A stretch of 63,743 bases of DNA, counting the filler, from Raillietiella orientalis (Eukaryota): NCBI GenBank assembly GCA_036172245.1. It is 3 parts of 3 records of this genome, joined end to end, with 100 filler letters (N's around TTAATTAATTAA, not from the genome) between each part and the next. Parts side by side here need not be neighbours in the genome. Positions count along the whole stretch, not along the records: positions 21,828 to 42,872 come from JAYWIR010000233.1; 2 more parts are not named here. One strand, given 5' to 3'. Below the pieces are notes generated by a model that was given only the letters and a program-made list of their open reading frames with translations, ran no database searches and was not told the DNA's origin. The position numbers and the translations under genes are program-made. This document shows positions 26,990 to 37,437 of the stretch, piece after piece. How positions within the stretch are numbered: position 1 is the first letter of the stretch; each line of letters begins with the position of its first letter.

Positions 26990-27463
26990 AACGGGCGACC
27001 AGCTCTGGAGCGAACTGGAACGCGTAGGGGTCCGAGAGGACGATCTCCTGGCACTGATGCCAGTTAGCGCGGTAGGCCATTGAAGGGTGCACAGCAAGGA
27101 TGCAGCCCTCGTCCAGCGCCTGCTGCGAACACCCCTTAAATTCGGGGGAAGGAGGTCGTCCCCTCGGCCCTCGATCAATCGTTGGTGGTCCAGCTCTCGG
27201 GCATTCCGACGAGAATCACGGACAACGATATCATTGTTGCACTCGAGGCGTTCGCCACAGTGCACGCGATGTGGAGGCGCGCGAAGCCGATCGATAAAGT
27301 CGCGCGCTTCTCTTGCGGAATCGCCACGGCGCGCGTCAATATGGACGACCGGAGGCTCATGCCTTCGCAGATCCTCCTCGGTGACGTCGTCGTCTATCTC
27401 CGGTTTGCCGGGCAAACCCCCGCTTGCGGCAACTGCGGGAAGGAGGGACACCGTCCACGGTGA
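26990..27463 (+). mobile_element. Element C2: second ORF1 fragment of the C family
   Basis: LWSELERVGVREDDLLAL..H*RVHSKDAALVQRLL (frameshift) VVQLSGIPTR..ATARVNMDDRRLMPSQILLGDVVVYLRFAGQTPACGNCGKEGHRPR; 27325-27460 is similar to 25896-26035. Confidence 0.82.
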
Positions 27464-27469
27464 CAGTCA

Positions 27470-28286
27470 TTCCCGCAGTTGGCGTGGGGTTGCCGACTTT
27501 CCCTATCCCTTTCTTCTCTCTTCTCTGCAGGTGCACCTATGTGCTTGCGAAGAAAAGGTTGGCATCCATACTTCGCCCGGGAACAGCATAAGTCTGCTCC
27601 GGGCTAATTACGAATTCTGCCACCTGCCCCAGACGCGAAGCCCATAGCCCTGCTATCAACTTGGCGTCCGTATTCATGATCGTGATCGGACGCCAGTTCT
27701 TTAAATCCCTGAGGTCTCATCCTTTCGGTAGGAGCCTCACTCTCGCTGACCGAAACGAGGCGGGAACTTCGCCTTCGTCTCGGATCAGCCTGATCAACTT
27801 AAGCAACAGGAGTGTCAGCACTTCCGCGAAGCTCTGAAAGAACTCCGAGGGCAAGCCGTCTTTCCCTGGAGCTTAACGCCTCTTGAGCCTTTTGATACCG
27901 GCGAGAATATCGCCGGTGGTAAAAGGCTCCTCGAGGCTTTCCATCTTCTCCTCCCCTATTGCCGGGAGCCCATCTGGAAACAAGCGCCGAGAGGCGTCTC
28001 AATCCGGAGGCTCCCTGGCGTAAAGGGAGGAATAAAAACTTCGCACGAGATGGCGTACCGACGCCGGGGACGAACATTCCCGGCCCTGGTCGTCCAGCAA
28101 GATGGCCGACCCGGATTGCCAGGCTTGGCGTTCGGCCCCGGCGCAGTACTCCTCCAGGCGACGGACATTAGGGGTTATCTCGTACCTACGGGCTTGTAAG
28201 TAGGCCCGATGGTTGCGAGCACCCTCGCCGAATCCGGAAGACAGGCGGTCCAGGGAGAACTGCTCGCAGAACTCCCGGACGGAGGC
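27470..28286 (-). mobile_element. LINE piece H (downstream part): APE-RT linker and RT N-terminus, family of F/G
   Basis: ASVREFCEQF..GFGEGARNHRAYLQAR..RQAWQSGS..APGKDGLPSEFF..NWRPITIMNTDAKLIAGLWASRLG..PEQTYAVPGRS; closely similar to 39560-40255; contains stops. Confidence 0.9.
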
Positions 28287-30045
28287 TGACTCTCGGCTCT
28301 GTCGCCGAGAGGGTATCCATCTTCGAGAGGTGCCCGTCATCGTTATCCTCGTCGCCCTTTGAGCGCCGAGACGACGCGTCCTCGCCCCCGCTCCTCGGTC
28401 CCGCGGCCGAACAGCACCAGCCGGAGGGTGCCGGCGGTGCGGTATGGAGGGCGAGCGACGCCGCCCGCGCCCATCACCACCAGGAAGAGCCACCACAGGA
28501 AGCAGCAGCAGCAGGTGCAGATCACGCTCATCCGCCTCCTGGCGCTGCCGTTCAGCCGACTCGTAACTCTGCAGCCGAAATTCCAAGATTCTACTTTCCG
28601 TTCGGCCGCCCACAAGCTGCCGACGCGGCGGTGCAGTCCAGGGTTGTCGACCTGTTCCGACAGTTTCCCGACTCCTGTTTGCCGCAGGACCACTGCGAGA
28701 GCTTAGCAAAGGCACGTGGGTTCCCCCTTTACTGGAAAAGACCGCTGTTCTTGGCAGCTCAAGAAGACCACCGTGAGGTTCTGGAATTGAATGCCTTCCG
28801 GGAGTTTTTGGAAAGAACTTCTAGGCTCTTATCCACCAACCACGACGCAGCGTCGCAGCTGGTTGCCATCCTGACGAAAGGGAGGAGAAACTACTTGATC
28901 CCAGAGGACTTTCACCCTCTTATCCAGGACGTCATCGACACCCACCCGGGGCTCATGTTCCTGAGGGAAGCCAGCGAGTTCCACTCCCGCTACATCCACA
29001 CAGTCACGGCCCGCATCTTCTACTGCGTGAACCGCTCGTGGTCCGGCATCGTGAGCCTGGCGGAGCTACGGCGCTCCGACCTGCTGGCCACGATCGAGCA
29101 GCTGGAGCAGGAAGAGGACATCAACCAGATCCACCGCTATTTCTCCTACGAGCATTTCTACGTCATCTACTGCAAGTTCTGGGAGCTGGACATGGACCAC
29201 GACATGTTCCTGGACAAAAACGACTTGGCCAGATACAACGATTTTGCGCTGTCGCAGAAGATCGTGGACTGAATCTTCTCCGGCGCGGTGATGCGCACCT
29301 CGAAGAACGGGCGGATGGCGTACGGCGACTTCATGTGGTTCCTGCTCTCCGCTGAGGACAAGCGCAACCCCACCGCCATCGAATACTGGTTCCGCTGCAT
29401 GGATCTGGACGGCGACGGCTTTCTGAGGCCCTTCAAGCTGCAGCACTTCTACGAGGAGCAGACGCAGCGCCTAGAAGCCATGGGTGTCGATGCCCTACCC
29501 ATCCCGGACTGTCTCCGCCAGATACTGGACATGGTAGCCCCTTCCCTGCCCGGCTGCATCTCCCTGCGAAACCTGAAGAGGTGCAAGATGGCGCCTGTGT
29601 TCTTCGACACCTTCCTGGACCTGGAAAAGTACCTGGAGAACGAGCAGCGCGACCCATTCGTCTCGCAGAGACCCCGACGCGGAAACGCCGGAGGTGTCCG
29701 ATTAGGACCGCTACGCGGCCAGCGAGTACGAGGCACTCGTGGCGGACGAGATCAGCGGCGAGCAGCAGAACCATTTCCTGTACGACGAAAACGAAGATCC
29801 GCTCGACAAAATTGGTGTTCTTGTCAAGTACCCGGAATTCGCGGATTCAGACGAGAGCTTCCGCGTCCCCGTGCTCCCTCGTGAAACCTCCGGCGGCGAG
29901 TTTCCAAATGCAGCCCCCGTTTTGCTGGGCCCATCCCTGAGAGCAGCAGCCATCTTTCCCCGCGGAGACGACGGAGACAGCACACCGCCCGCAGCCGCCG
30001 AACTCTCGGAGAACTCGTCACGTGGACTCGGACAAGACACCCGAT
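28287..30045 (+). pseudogene. PPP2R3: Intronless retrocopy of the protein phosphatase 2A regulatory subunit B'' (PR72/PR70, PPP2R3A/B-like, EF-hand)
   Basis: IPRFYFPFGRP, FPLYWKRPLF, LIQDVIDTHPGL.FL..A.EFHSRYI, FSYEHFYVIYCKFWELD.DHD, IEYWFRCMDLDGDG and FFDTF..LEKYL..EQRDPF are colinear with no introns. TGA at 29270-29272 replaces the Arg of D-R-IFSG; there is a frameshift near 29670 and a TAG at 29703. Both flanks are contiguous halves of LINE H. Confidence 0.93.
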
Positions 30046-30401
30046 TGCGCCCCCAATCCGAGAGACCCTGAAGCGCGACGCCTCTTAGGAATTCGCGAAG
30101 GTGTTCCTTCGCAACTGAGAGTCGCGTCCATTCCCCCGGCAGACGCGAATTCCTGAATGGCCGTCCCCTGTCGCGAGGTCGCATCTCGAAAATTAACCGG
30201 GAATGGTCCGACAGCGTGGAGGCAATCTTCCCCCGTTTGCCGACCCGTGAACACAGGTCAGCGTCGACGAAGACGTGGTCGATGCTGCGGACCATTCCGC
30301 TCTAACCAGCGAACAAGTTGAGCGCACGCATGGCGGCGCACCACTCGTTCATCGCGTTCTCTTGTGTTTCTGGCTCACCTGTTAGCAGACGGAGATTGAA
30401 A
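30046..30401 (-). mobile_element. LINE piece H (upstream part): C-terminal half of the APE endonuclease
   Basis: FNLRLLTGEPETQENAM..MVRSIDHVFVDADLC..STLSDHSRL..ALQGLSDWGR; matches the G APE at 42690-42872 and resumes at 28286 across the retrocopy. Confidence 0.9.
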
Positions 30402-30519
30402 TTTATCACCCGGTCACGCCGGGGCGTTTATTAATAATAATAAACTGGTCAGGGACAATGTGCCCAATTAACAGAACGACAGGGAACATAGAAAGATTAC
30501 CGGCACGCAGGCCTGGTAA
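30402..30519 (-). promoter_or_regulatory. Structured 3' terminus of LINE D
   Basis: On the minus strand: TTACC(A)GGC-CTGCGT-GCCGGTAA at 30519-30497; AATAAA at 30432-30427; then CCCGG-CGTGA-CCGGG-TGATAAA. Confidence 0.75.
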
Positions 30520-31702
30520 ACAAACCGATCGCAGCGTGGGAGGAATGATGGGAAACAAACAAAAATCAAAAACTGGAGGGAAGGGTAACAAGTATTTGGT
30601 TAAGCTCCGTACTCACGGGGATTTTAACAATGAGCACCTAAAATGTTCCGGAGCCTATGGAGACGCGAATGTGGGAAGAAAATACAAAATAAGTTTATGG
30701 AGGGTAGGGCAATGATCACCGGGTTGGCCGCTGCTGAGGGTGTGTAACCCGGCGGTGTATTGCGGCGAGATTCCTTTTTGTCTCCTCTGTCAAATGAGGC
30801 CATCTAGCGGATGCTCTTATCTTAAAGGATGCTATGCTGATTACCTCTTGGTGCTGTCCGTTGATTTCCAACGCCTGGCGGAAGGAAACTATCGCGCGTA
30901 TCAAACCGATGGTTGCAATCCTTGCGCTTCGGCACAGCCCGCTCGGCGTGAAGAATCGTCGCAGCAGGTCTCTTGCGCTGTCCACAAGATGCATTAGTGC
31001 TTTTGCCAGCCTACGCCACAGTCTTTGTAGGACACCGCAGTCCAGAAGTAGGTGCGGAATCGACTCCGTCGATCCGCACCGAACGCATTTCGCAGACCCA
31101 AGTCCCTCGGAGTCTGGATGCCAACGAACGTAGCACTGAAAACCCCAGTGAACGAAAAGCAGCACGGCTCGTTTCCAAGCAGGGGAGAGCAGCGAAGTGT
31201 CAATACACTATGGAGGGACTACAAGTTCTACGGGGGTGACAGCAAGTTCTTCTGCCCACCGGAGGAGTCCCTTTTCAGTAACACGAGGAGTGGCGGCGTC
31301 CGCCAACTCACCCCACTTCCAGGCGCCAAGGAGTTTCGATTTTCCCGCTATCGTGCAGAAAACCGCCCACCTCGCCGGTTGGCAACTGTCGTTTCTTGCC
31401 CTGAGGGCAGACAGCGCTGCGGCGAGAAGCCTGGCAGCCAGGGTAGAGAACTTCACCACGTCCTGCAGTACTTAATCCAAGAATCGTGGAAAAAATCAAC
31501 GCAGGGGGCAAAGATTTTCAGGGCGAATTCCTTGGAACCCCGCCAAGGATTCAACAGACTCCTGGCGCCAAGCTTCCAAGTTCATTGGGCGGCAGGAGAT
31601 CCACGAGTGAGCTTCCAGAAGTGCGGTCAACTGCCGCAATGGAAACCCGAAACCCCGCTTCCTGTATTGACTGCCCGGAAAAAGCGAGAGAAATCCTCCC
31701 CT

Positions 31703-33019
31703 TCACACGCATCTCAGCAGGAAAACGCGGGCTGGCACACACAGGGGGGATATCCATAGCTGGGCACACAGTGCCAGCAGTCGGAACTGCACCTGCAGTC
31801 CGATTCGTTCCATTGTCAGGATACCCAAACCAGCATCCCGACGCGGAGCTAACAAAACTTTAAGGCGGAACCTGGAACTCGCCGGACCCCAAACAGCGTT
31901 TCTGAGCAGGCGTTCATCCCGCTGTTTAACCGCATAGGGGGGGTCCAAAACAAAAAACAGGGGACGGAGGAGGGGGGCCACAAAGGTGTTCCAAATAGTC
32001 GCCCGTTCCTGCAAGGTAAAACTGCCGTTCAAGAACGGGCTGATGGCCAACTCTCCTTTCTGATGACAGTCCGCACACGCTTCGACTGCGCCGAAAGCGC
32101 CCAACGGAACGCCAAGGTACTTAAAGTACTCGCCCGTGAGGATCCATAGGCAAATCCAGTCGGACTGCCTCTCCCATGACGTACCCACAGGAAAGACTAC
32201 GCTCTTCTCTCTGTTCACGCTCACGCCCGCTCCCCGACGAATCAGGTCGAAGAAATCCTCGACACTAGACGCCGGGGTGGACATGGGGAGCAAAAGAAGC
32301 AGGTCATCAGCGTAGGCGGCCACGGCAGGCATTCCCGGGCAGGAGCTGAGCAAGTGAGACAGCGTCAGCCTGTATGCTCTAAGCACTAACTCAAAGAAGA
32401 TGCTGAACAGCAACTGCATTAAGCTGTCGCCCTGTCGGATGCCTCTACGCACGGAAATACCATACACGCCGCAGCCGCTAAAAGTGATGCAGGTTAGCGC
32501 GTGGCGCCAGCACGCGTTCAAACACACCAGGAGTTGCGCCGGGAACCCAAGGCGTTCCATAAGCTCCAAAAGCAGCTTCTGGTTTACGCAGTCAAACGCC
32601 TTGTGGAGATCGACCGAGACCGCCAAGGCACCTGGCGTTCCCTCCTGCCGTCGGCGCCTGTTCTTCTTGACTGCGGCAGTGACTTTCGCAGCAGCCTGGC
32701 TTTGCTGCGCCACAACCTTCTGCAGCTGCATCCATGTACGTGCGAAAAGGATGTTCGCATCCATGGATCGTCCAGGAACCGCGTAGGTTTGTTCCGGGCT
32801 TACCAGAGATGACGCGATAGTTCCTAACCGCGCGACCCACAGCTTAAAAAACAACTTGACGTCCCAGTTCACCAAGGTGATCGTACGCCAGTTGTTAAGT
32901 TGGCGCAAGTCTCCGCCTTTCGGCAGGAGACACACCTTTGCTGAGCGGAAGGAATCCAAGAGATTCCCGGATTCACTCATCAGCGTCGCGAGTCTTAGCA
33001 TCAAAGGAATGAGCTCCAC
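31703..33019 (-). pseudogene. Reverse transcriptase domain of LINE D (longest open segment, 438 aa)
   Basis: NWRTITLVNWDVK, VDLHKAFDCVNQ, RRGIRQGDSL, AVAAYADDLLL, FKYLGVP; frameshifts and stops on both sides. Confidence 0.93.
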
Positions 33020-34794
33020 TGCAAAGCACTGATAAAACTCTGCAGGGAGCCCATCCTCGCCTGGCGCCTTTCGTCTCTTCAGCCCAGCGATGGCGAACGG
33101 AATTTCATCCGCCGTGAAGCTTTCCTTGAGACGTTTGCGTTCCTCCTTGCCGATAACACGATCATCCTGCGACAGGAGTATCTAAGAGAGAATATCCACC
33201 GTCGGGGATTTCGTGTACAGCGAGGAGAAGTAGCGTCTCACAATGCGGCGTACTTCGGCTGGGGCCGAACATTCCTCGCCCTTGTCGTCCAACAGGCATG
33301 CTGCTCCGGTCTGCCAGACCTGGCGCTCGGCCCTCGCCTTGTACTCCGCGAGACTCCCGACATCCACGCGTCTCGAAAAAGTTCGGGCCTGCAGAAAGTC
33401 TCTACTTTTGGCCACGCCCTTTCCGAAACCGGTGGAAGATGGTGCAAAGGGAATTGGCAGCAGAACTCGCGTGCAGATCTTTTGAGATGGTTCCAGTCCG
33501 CAAGTTCTTGAATGGCAAAGCCTCGGAGGTGTCCACGTAGATGCTCCGCAGCCTCCGTTTGGCTAAGCCAATCGGCCATCATCCTCTAGTTTTGCAAAGG
33601 AGGTCCCCTGCCTGGCGGAAGGATCTCAAACTGCAACTTGTGGTGGTCAGAAAGCCTAGTCAACAATCATACTCTGCTACCCTGACGCGAATGCAGGTTT
33701 TCATCAAGGAAAAGGTGATCGAGCGATCTTTCCATTCCAGATTCGCTGAATATGAAGTTGGCGGCGTGCACGGACGCGCACATCTCGATGAACAGCGCGC
33801 GCTCCCTCGGGCGTCTCCAATTGTCAGAGAGCAGTCGGACGTTGAAGTCCCTAGCGACGAGGTGCGCCACATGGAATATGGAGTTGTTGAGCCAGTGGCC
33901 CTGCAACTCACCAAAGAAAGCTACTCTTTCTTTGAGGTAACGAGAGCCATTCGGCGCGTAGACGCTCGTAACGACGAGATCGAGGGACTCGGACCACTAG
34001 ATGACAAGCTGGCCTTTCCGTCCGTCGTCATCGAAACGAACACTACGCACCGCTTCCGCCATTTTTTGTTTTACGAGGAACGCGACGCCGCACGTGTGTG
34101 CGCGGCCGCACCGCCGATGTAGCGTTCCGTCTGCACGCTCCTCGATTTCGGCTGCCTGCTCGTCGGAGATTACGTGAATCTCCTGCAGAAGCGCGAGGTC
34201 GAAGGGGCGCAGGGCGTTGGCTACTAATCGCCTCTTCTCGTCGTTCTGTTGTCCGTTCACGTTCCAACACGCGACGGACAGACGACGAGAGCATGCGATT
34301 CCTTGCATTACTGCTGAGAAGGTGGCGGCTTTTTGCTCGCTTTATCCGGTTAGCAGACGGCGAGCAGCACGACTGGCTGGATGGGACAGTCGCCACCGTT
34401 CTCTGTCGTGCTGCATGCATGTAATGCCTCCACGCCAGGCTTAACCCCGTCGGGTTTCGTGGAGACTTCGCGTTGCTTCGCGGCGACCGTTGCCTGGCTG
34501 CCTACTTTTGATCGGCGCGCGCACGCTTTTGACTGAGTTGTCCTCGTCTCGGTGATCGGAACGGCATCTATTTCAGAGTCCGACCGGCGCATGTTCGATC
34601 GGGTTTCGGCCTTCCGCGAAGTAGTGACAGGTTCTGCTGGATTGACAGGTGTCCTGTTGTCGTTTTCCGACACCAGAGCATCGCTTAAATGCGGCAAACC
34701 CGCGCCGGTGCCGCACGCGTTTTTCTTCAGCTCCCGTGAGCGAATCCAAGCACGGTTGTCGGAAGTGTGAAAGTGCGGCCGTTGTGAGGCAGAA

Positions 34795-36429
34795 ATGCCT
34801 GAATACGCCGCAGTACCTGCGACGGGAGACGTGAGGCCCACGTCTCCCCAACCTATGCAGGTGGGGTCATGCCCCACCAGAAAATCAGCCCCCGCCACCC
34901 CGGCGAGGGCGTGGAACAAGGTGGCCGCGGCGGCTCCGCCGGACGTGGCCGCCAAAGTGCAGGCCTACATAAAGGAGGGCTACAACCCAGCCCTCCTTTA
35001 CAAGGTAGGAAATCTTGATTCATTGCTTACAACGCGGAAATTTGGAAACGCCATCCGTAGGATGGGAATATCTGACGAGGAGATTCTTTGCTTCTCGATT
35101 CGGAGCGGCGGGCAGTTCGCGGAGCTGATCTGCAAACATGGAGCGCTCACACACAAACTGCTCTGCATGCCCGTTCCGTTCGAAGGGTGGAATCTCCTCC
35201 CACACACGGTGGATCACTCTATGGTGATCCACCTCACGGGTACAACGGTGCGGATGACCAAGGAAGCCATCCGCACTGAAATCAACAAGTTCGCGGAGAT
35301 ATACGCGATGTGGTCGAAGCCCAACGCCTTTACTTACCGAGGCGCATTTAGTGGGCGAGTGGCCGCACGCGTAACTCTCTGCGAAAACAAAGAACTTTCC
35401 CACAAGCTTGAAGTCAACGACGAGCTCGCCGACCTCTGGTACCGATGGAAGGAAAAATACTGTGGGCTGTGCAACACATTCGGGCTTCTTAAAAAGAGAT
35501 GCCCGGATGCCAAATGCCCAACCTGCGGCGCGAAGGGCCACACTAGTGCTGTGTGCCCGAAAAACGCCGCGACAACGCCTTCAACCCCTTCGACAAATGA
35601 GGGAAAGAAGGCAGAAAACCAAAAAACGTGGGACCAACAGCCGACCTCAGAAGAAGTTGTGCACAAGGAGCAGGAGCCTCAAAAGGAGACTTCTGAGCCA
35701 ACTGCCGACGAGGAAAACTGGAAACTCGTGTCAAAAAAAAAAACAAAGGAAACACAAAAAAAAACCAAAGCTCCAAAAAAAAATAATAATAATACAAATC
35801 AGAACGCGAGCGTTTCCAAAAAACCCGCGGTCGGCAAACCAAAAATTTCGCCGCGCGAGTCGATGAAGGAATGCCGCGTTGCAATCGAGCGCGTTCCGTC
35901 GATCAAGCGTCGATCGGCGAACGCGACTCCCGCAACCGTCGCGAACGCCGCGGAACCGCCGCAGGAATCCTGCGACAAACACGCGAGCAGCAACGACGAG
36001 AAAAACTTCGCGAAGGCGGCGGAGGAACTCGCGGCCACCTTAATGCAGCCGCCTAAGGCTGCAAAGAAGGCCTTCGGACGTCCGGCGGAAGTTAGTGGCC
36101 CGGAAACTTCCGGGTCCGAGGCGGAAGCCGGCAACCCTACCACCGTCGCCCTCTGGAGGAGGAAGGCGGGCCAGAAGTCGGGCAACCTAATGCGCGTCGC
36201 TCCCCCTCAGGCTGAGGAGGAGGAGATGCGCTCGGATAGCGAGGAGGCGATGTCCGCGAGGTCAAGGGATCCCTCTATCGACAGCATCCGGTCGGTCGTT
36301 CCTATCGACCTCAGTCCGGCTGCAGACGTTCCGGTCGTTGCCGAAACGCCACCACCGCTGATGGACAACGACCAGCCGCCTCCCGAACAGGAGGCGGCAA
36401 TACACACGCCACCACCATCACTAGTATGA
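34795..36429 (+). CDS. LINE ORF1 gag-like nucleic-acid-binding protein, 544 aa, open reading frame
   Basis: RRM-like region (SMVIHLTGTTVRMTKEAIRTEINKFAEI), knuckles CGLCNTFGLLKKRC (His lost) and CPTCGAKGHTSAVC, and a long Lys/Pro/Glu-rich tail. The host element is broken, so it is probably not functional. Confidence 0.85.
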   Translation: MPEYAAVPATGDVRPTSPQPMQVGSCPTRKSAPATPARAWNKVAAAAPPDVAAKVQAYIKEGYNPALLYKVGNLDSLLTTRKFGNAIRRMGISDEEILCFSIRSGGQFAELICKHGALTHKLLCMPVPFEGWNLLPHTVDHSMVIHLTGTTVRMTKEAIRTEINKFAEIYAMWSKPNAFTYRGAFSGRVAARVTLCENKELSHKLEVNDELADLWYRWKEKYCGLCNTFGLLKKRCPDAKCPTCGAKGHTSAVCPKNAATTPSTPSTNEGKKAENQKTWDQQPTSEEVVHKEQEPQKETSEPTADEENWKLVSKKKTKETQKKTKAPKKNNNNTNQNASVSKKPAVGKPKISPRESMKECRVAIERVPSIKRRSANATPATVANAAEPPQESCDKHASSNDEKNFAKAAEELAATLMQPPKAAKKAFGRPAEVSGPETSGSEAEAGNPTTVALWRRKAGQKSGNLMRVAPPQAEEEEMRSDSEEAMSARSRDPSIDSIRSVVPIDLSPAADVPVVAETPPPLMDNDQPPPEQEAAIHTPPPSLV

Positions 36430-37313
36430 TGCGTGGAATCGCCTCTTGCAGGCAGCCGCATATAGCCTGTTGGAATGTCAGCGGGCTGCGTAGCGAAAGC
36501 AAGAGGCGTAGCGTGGCCGACACCCTGCGACCTTTCGACCTGGCACTTCTCCAAGAGGTGCATGCCCTCAGAGCAGAGGACGTCCAGGAAATCGAGAGGC
36601 TCACAGGGGGGAGGCTACTTTGGCGTGGTGGAGGAGACCACTCCCGCGGGGTGGCCTTCCTGCTAAAGACGGCCGTCGCCAATGCGGTGCGCAGTGCACA
36701 GTTCGACGAGGAAGGTCGAGTCGGACAACTTGTCCTTAAGTGGTCCGAATCGATCGACCTCGTAGTGACGAACCTGTACGCGACCTGCACCAGCCACAGG
36801 CGCGCAGAACGCACTGCGTTCTTCGAAGCCCTGCGGCAAGGCTGGCTGGACGAAGCAGGCGTGCGGCGGGCGCATCTGATAGCGGGAGACTTCAACGTCC
36901 GCCTGCTGTCGGAAGCGCATGACGTACGAGCACAATTGGTCAACGAGTTGTGTGCGGCTATGCACACACGCAACTTCTTGGCCGATGAAGCCAGGGCGAG
37001 AAGCATAATCGACCACGTGTTTCTCGATAATCACTTGTGTACGCGGGTGGGGACTCGAGGAGCAATTGCGTCGGAGCTGTCCGATCACCCTCGGCTAGTG
37101 ATTAACATTCATCCGCGCGACAGAGGTCCACCCTTCGAAGCGTGGCGCCTGCCGGGAGACTGGTTGCGACTCGCAGGAGCGCGCGAACATCTGCGCGCAT
37201 TCCTGCGTAGTTGCGAGTAGCAGACTCTCGCTGACTTGGATAAAATAAAACGCTCAGTCCGAGAGTTCTGTGACCAGTTTCCCTCCATCATCTTCCTCCA
37301 GGTTTCGGCGATG
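36426..37313 (+). pseudogene. LINE E ORF2 N-terminus: AP-like endonuclease (EEP fold)
   Basis: Catalytic motifs CWNVSG, LLQEVH, NLYA, AGDFNV, IDHVF and LSDH; stop at 37218-37220, then truncated. Confidence 0.93.
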
Positions 37314-37314
37314 C

Positions 37315-37437
37315 CACCCGGATACGCCGGGACGTTTATAAAAAACGTTTCAATTGTCAATACAGAACGTGGTACATGGCCCCACTGACGGTGACGCAAT
37401 ACCGGAACTGCCGGGACACCAAGACGCAGCTCAGTGT
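37315..37437 (-). promoter_or_regulatory. Structured 3' terminus of LINE F
   Basis: On the minus strand: ACACTGAG-CTGCGT-CTTGGTGT at 37437-37416 (two G-U pairs); TATAAA; CCCGG-CGTAT-CCGGG-TG. Confidence 0.72.

Larger units (their letters stand above)
30402..34765 (-). mobile_element. LINE D: ORF1 C-terminus, complete but decayed ORF2 (APE-RT-CCHC) and 3' UTR
   Basis: ORF2 starts at TAATG (34310-34306) with ACWNVNG, LLQEIH, RDFNV and SLDHLF. RT segment at 31703-33019; CVRCGSTESIPHLLLDC; stop at 30716; terminus AATAAACGCCCCGGCGTGACCGGGTGATAAA ends at 30402. The 5' boundary is approximate. Confidence 0.93.
34766..37314 (+). mobile_element. LINE E: ORF1 plus APE, interrupted in the APE-RT linker by the 3' end of F
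   Basis: ORF1 at 34795-36429 and overlapping ORF2 from 36426; LINE sequence stops at ..EFCDQF..PPGFGD (37313). Confidence 0.92.

Noticed and set aside
28631..29884. Functional PP2A B'' gene or LINE-PP2A fusion protein
   Set aside because: It has nonsense codons and a frameshift, has no start codon, and is antisense to the host LINE.
31703..33019. Bacterial RT system (retron, group II intron, DGR) or LTR element
   Set aside because: APE + RT + C-terminal CCHC with a separate knuckle ORF1 is non-LTR architecture; no integrase, protease, LTRs or prokaryotic context were seen.
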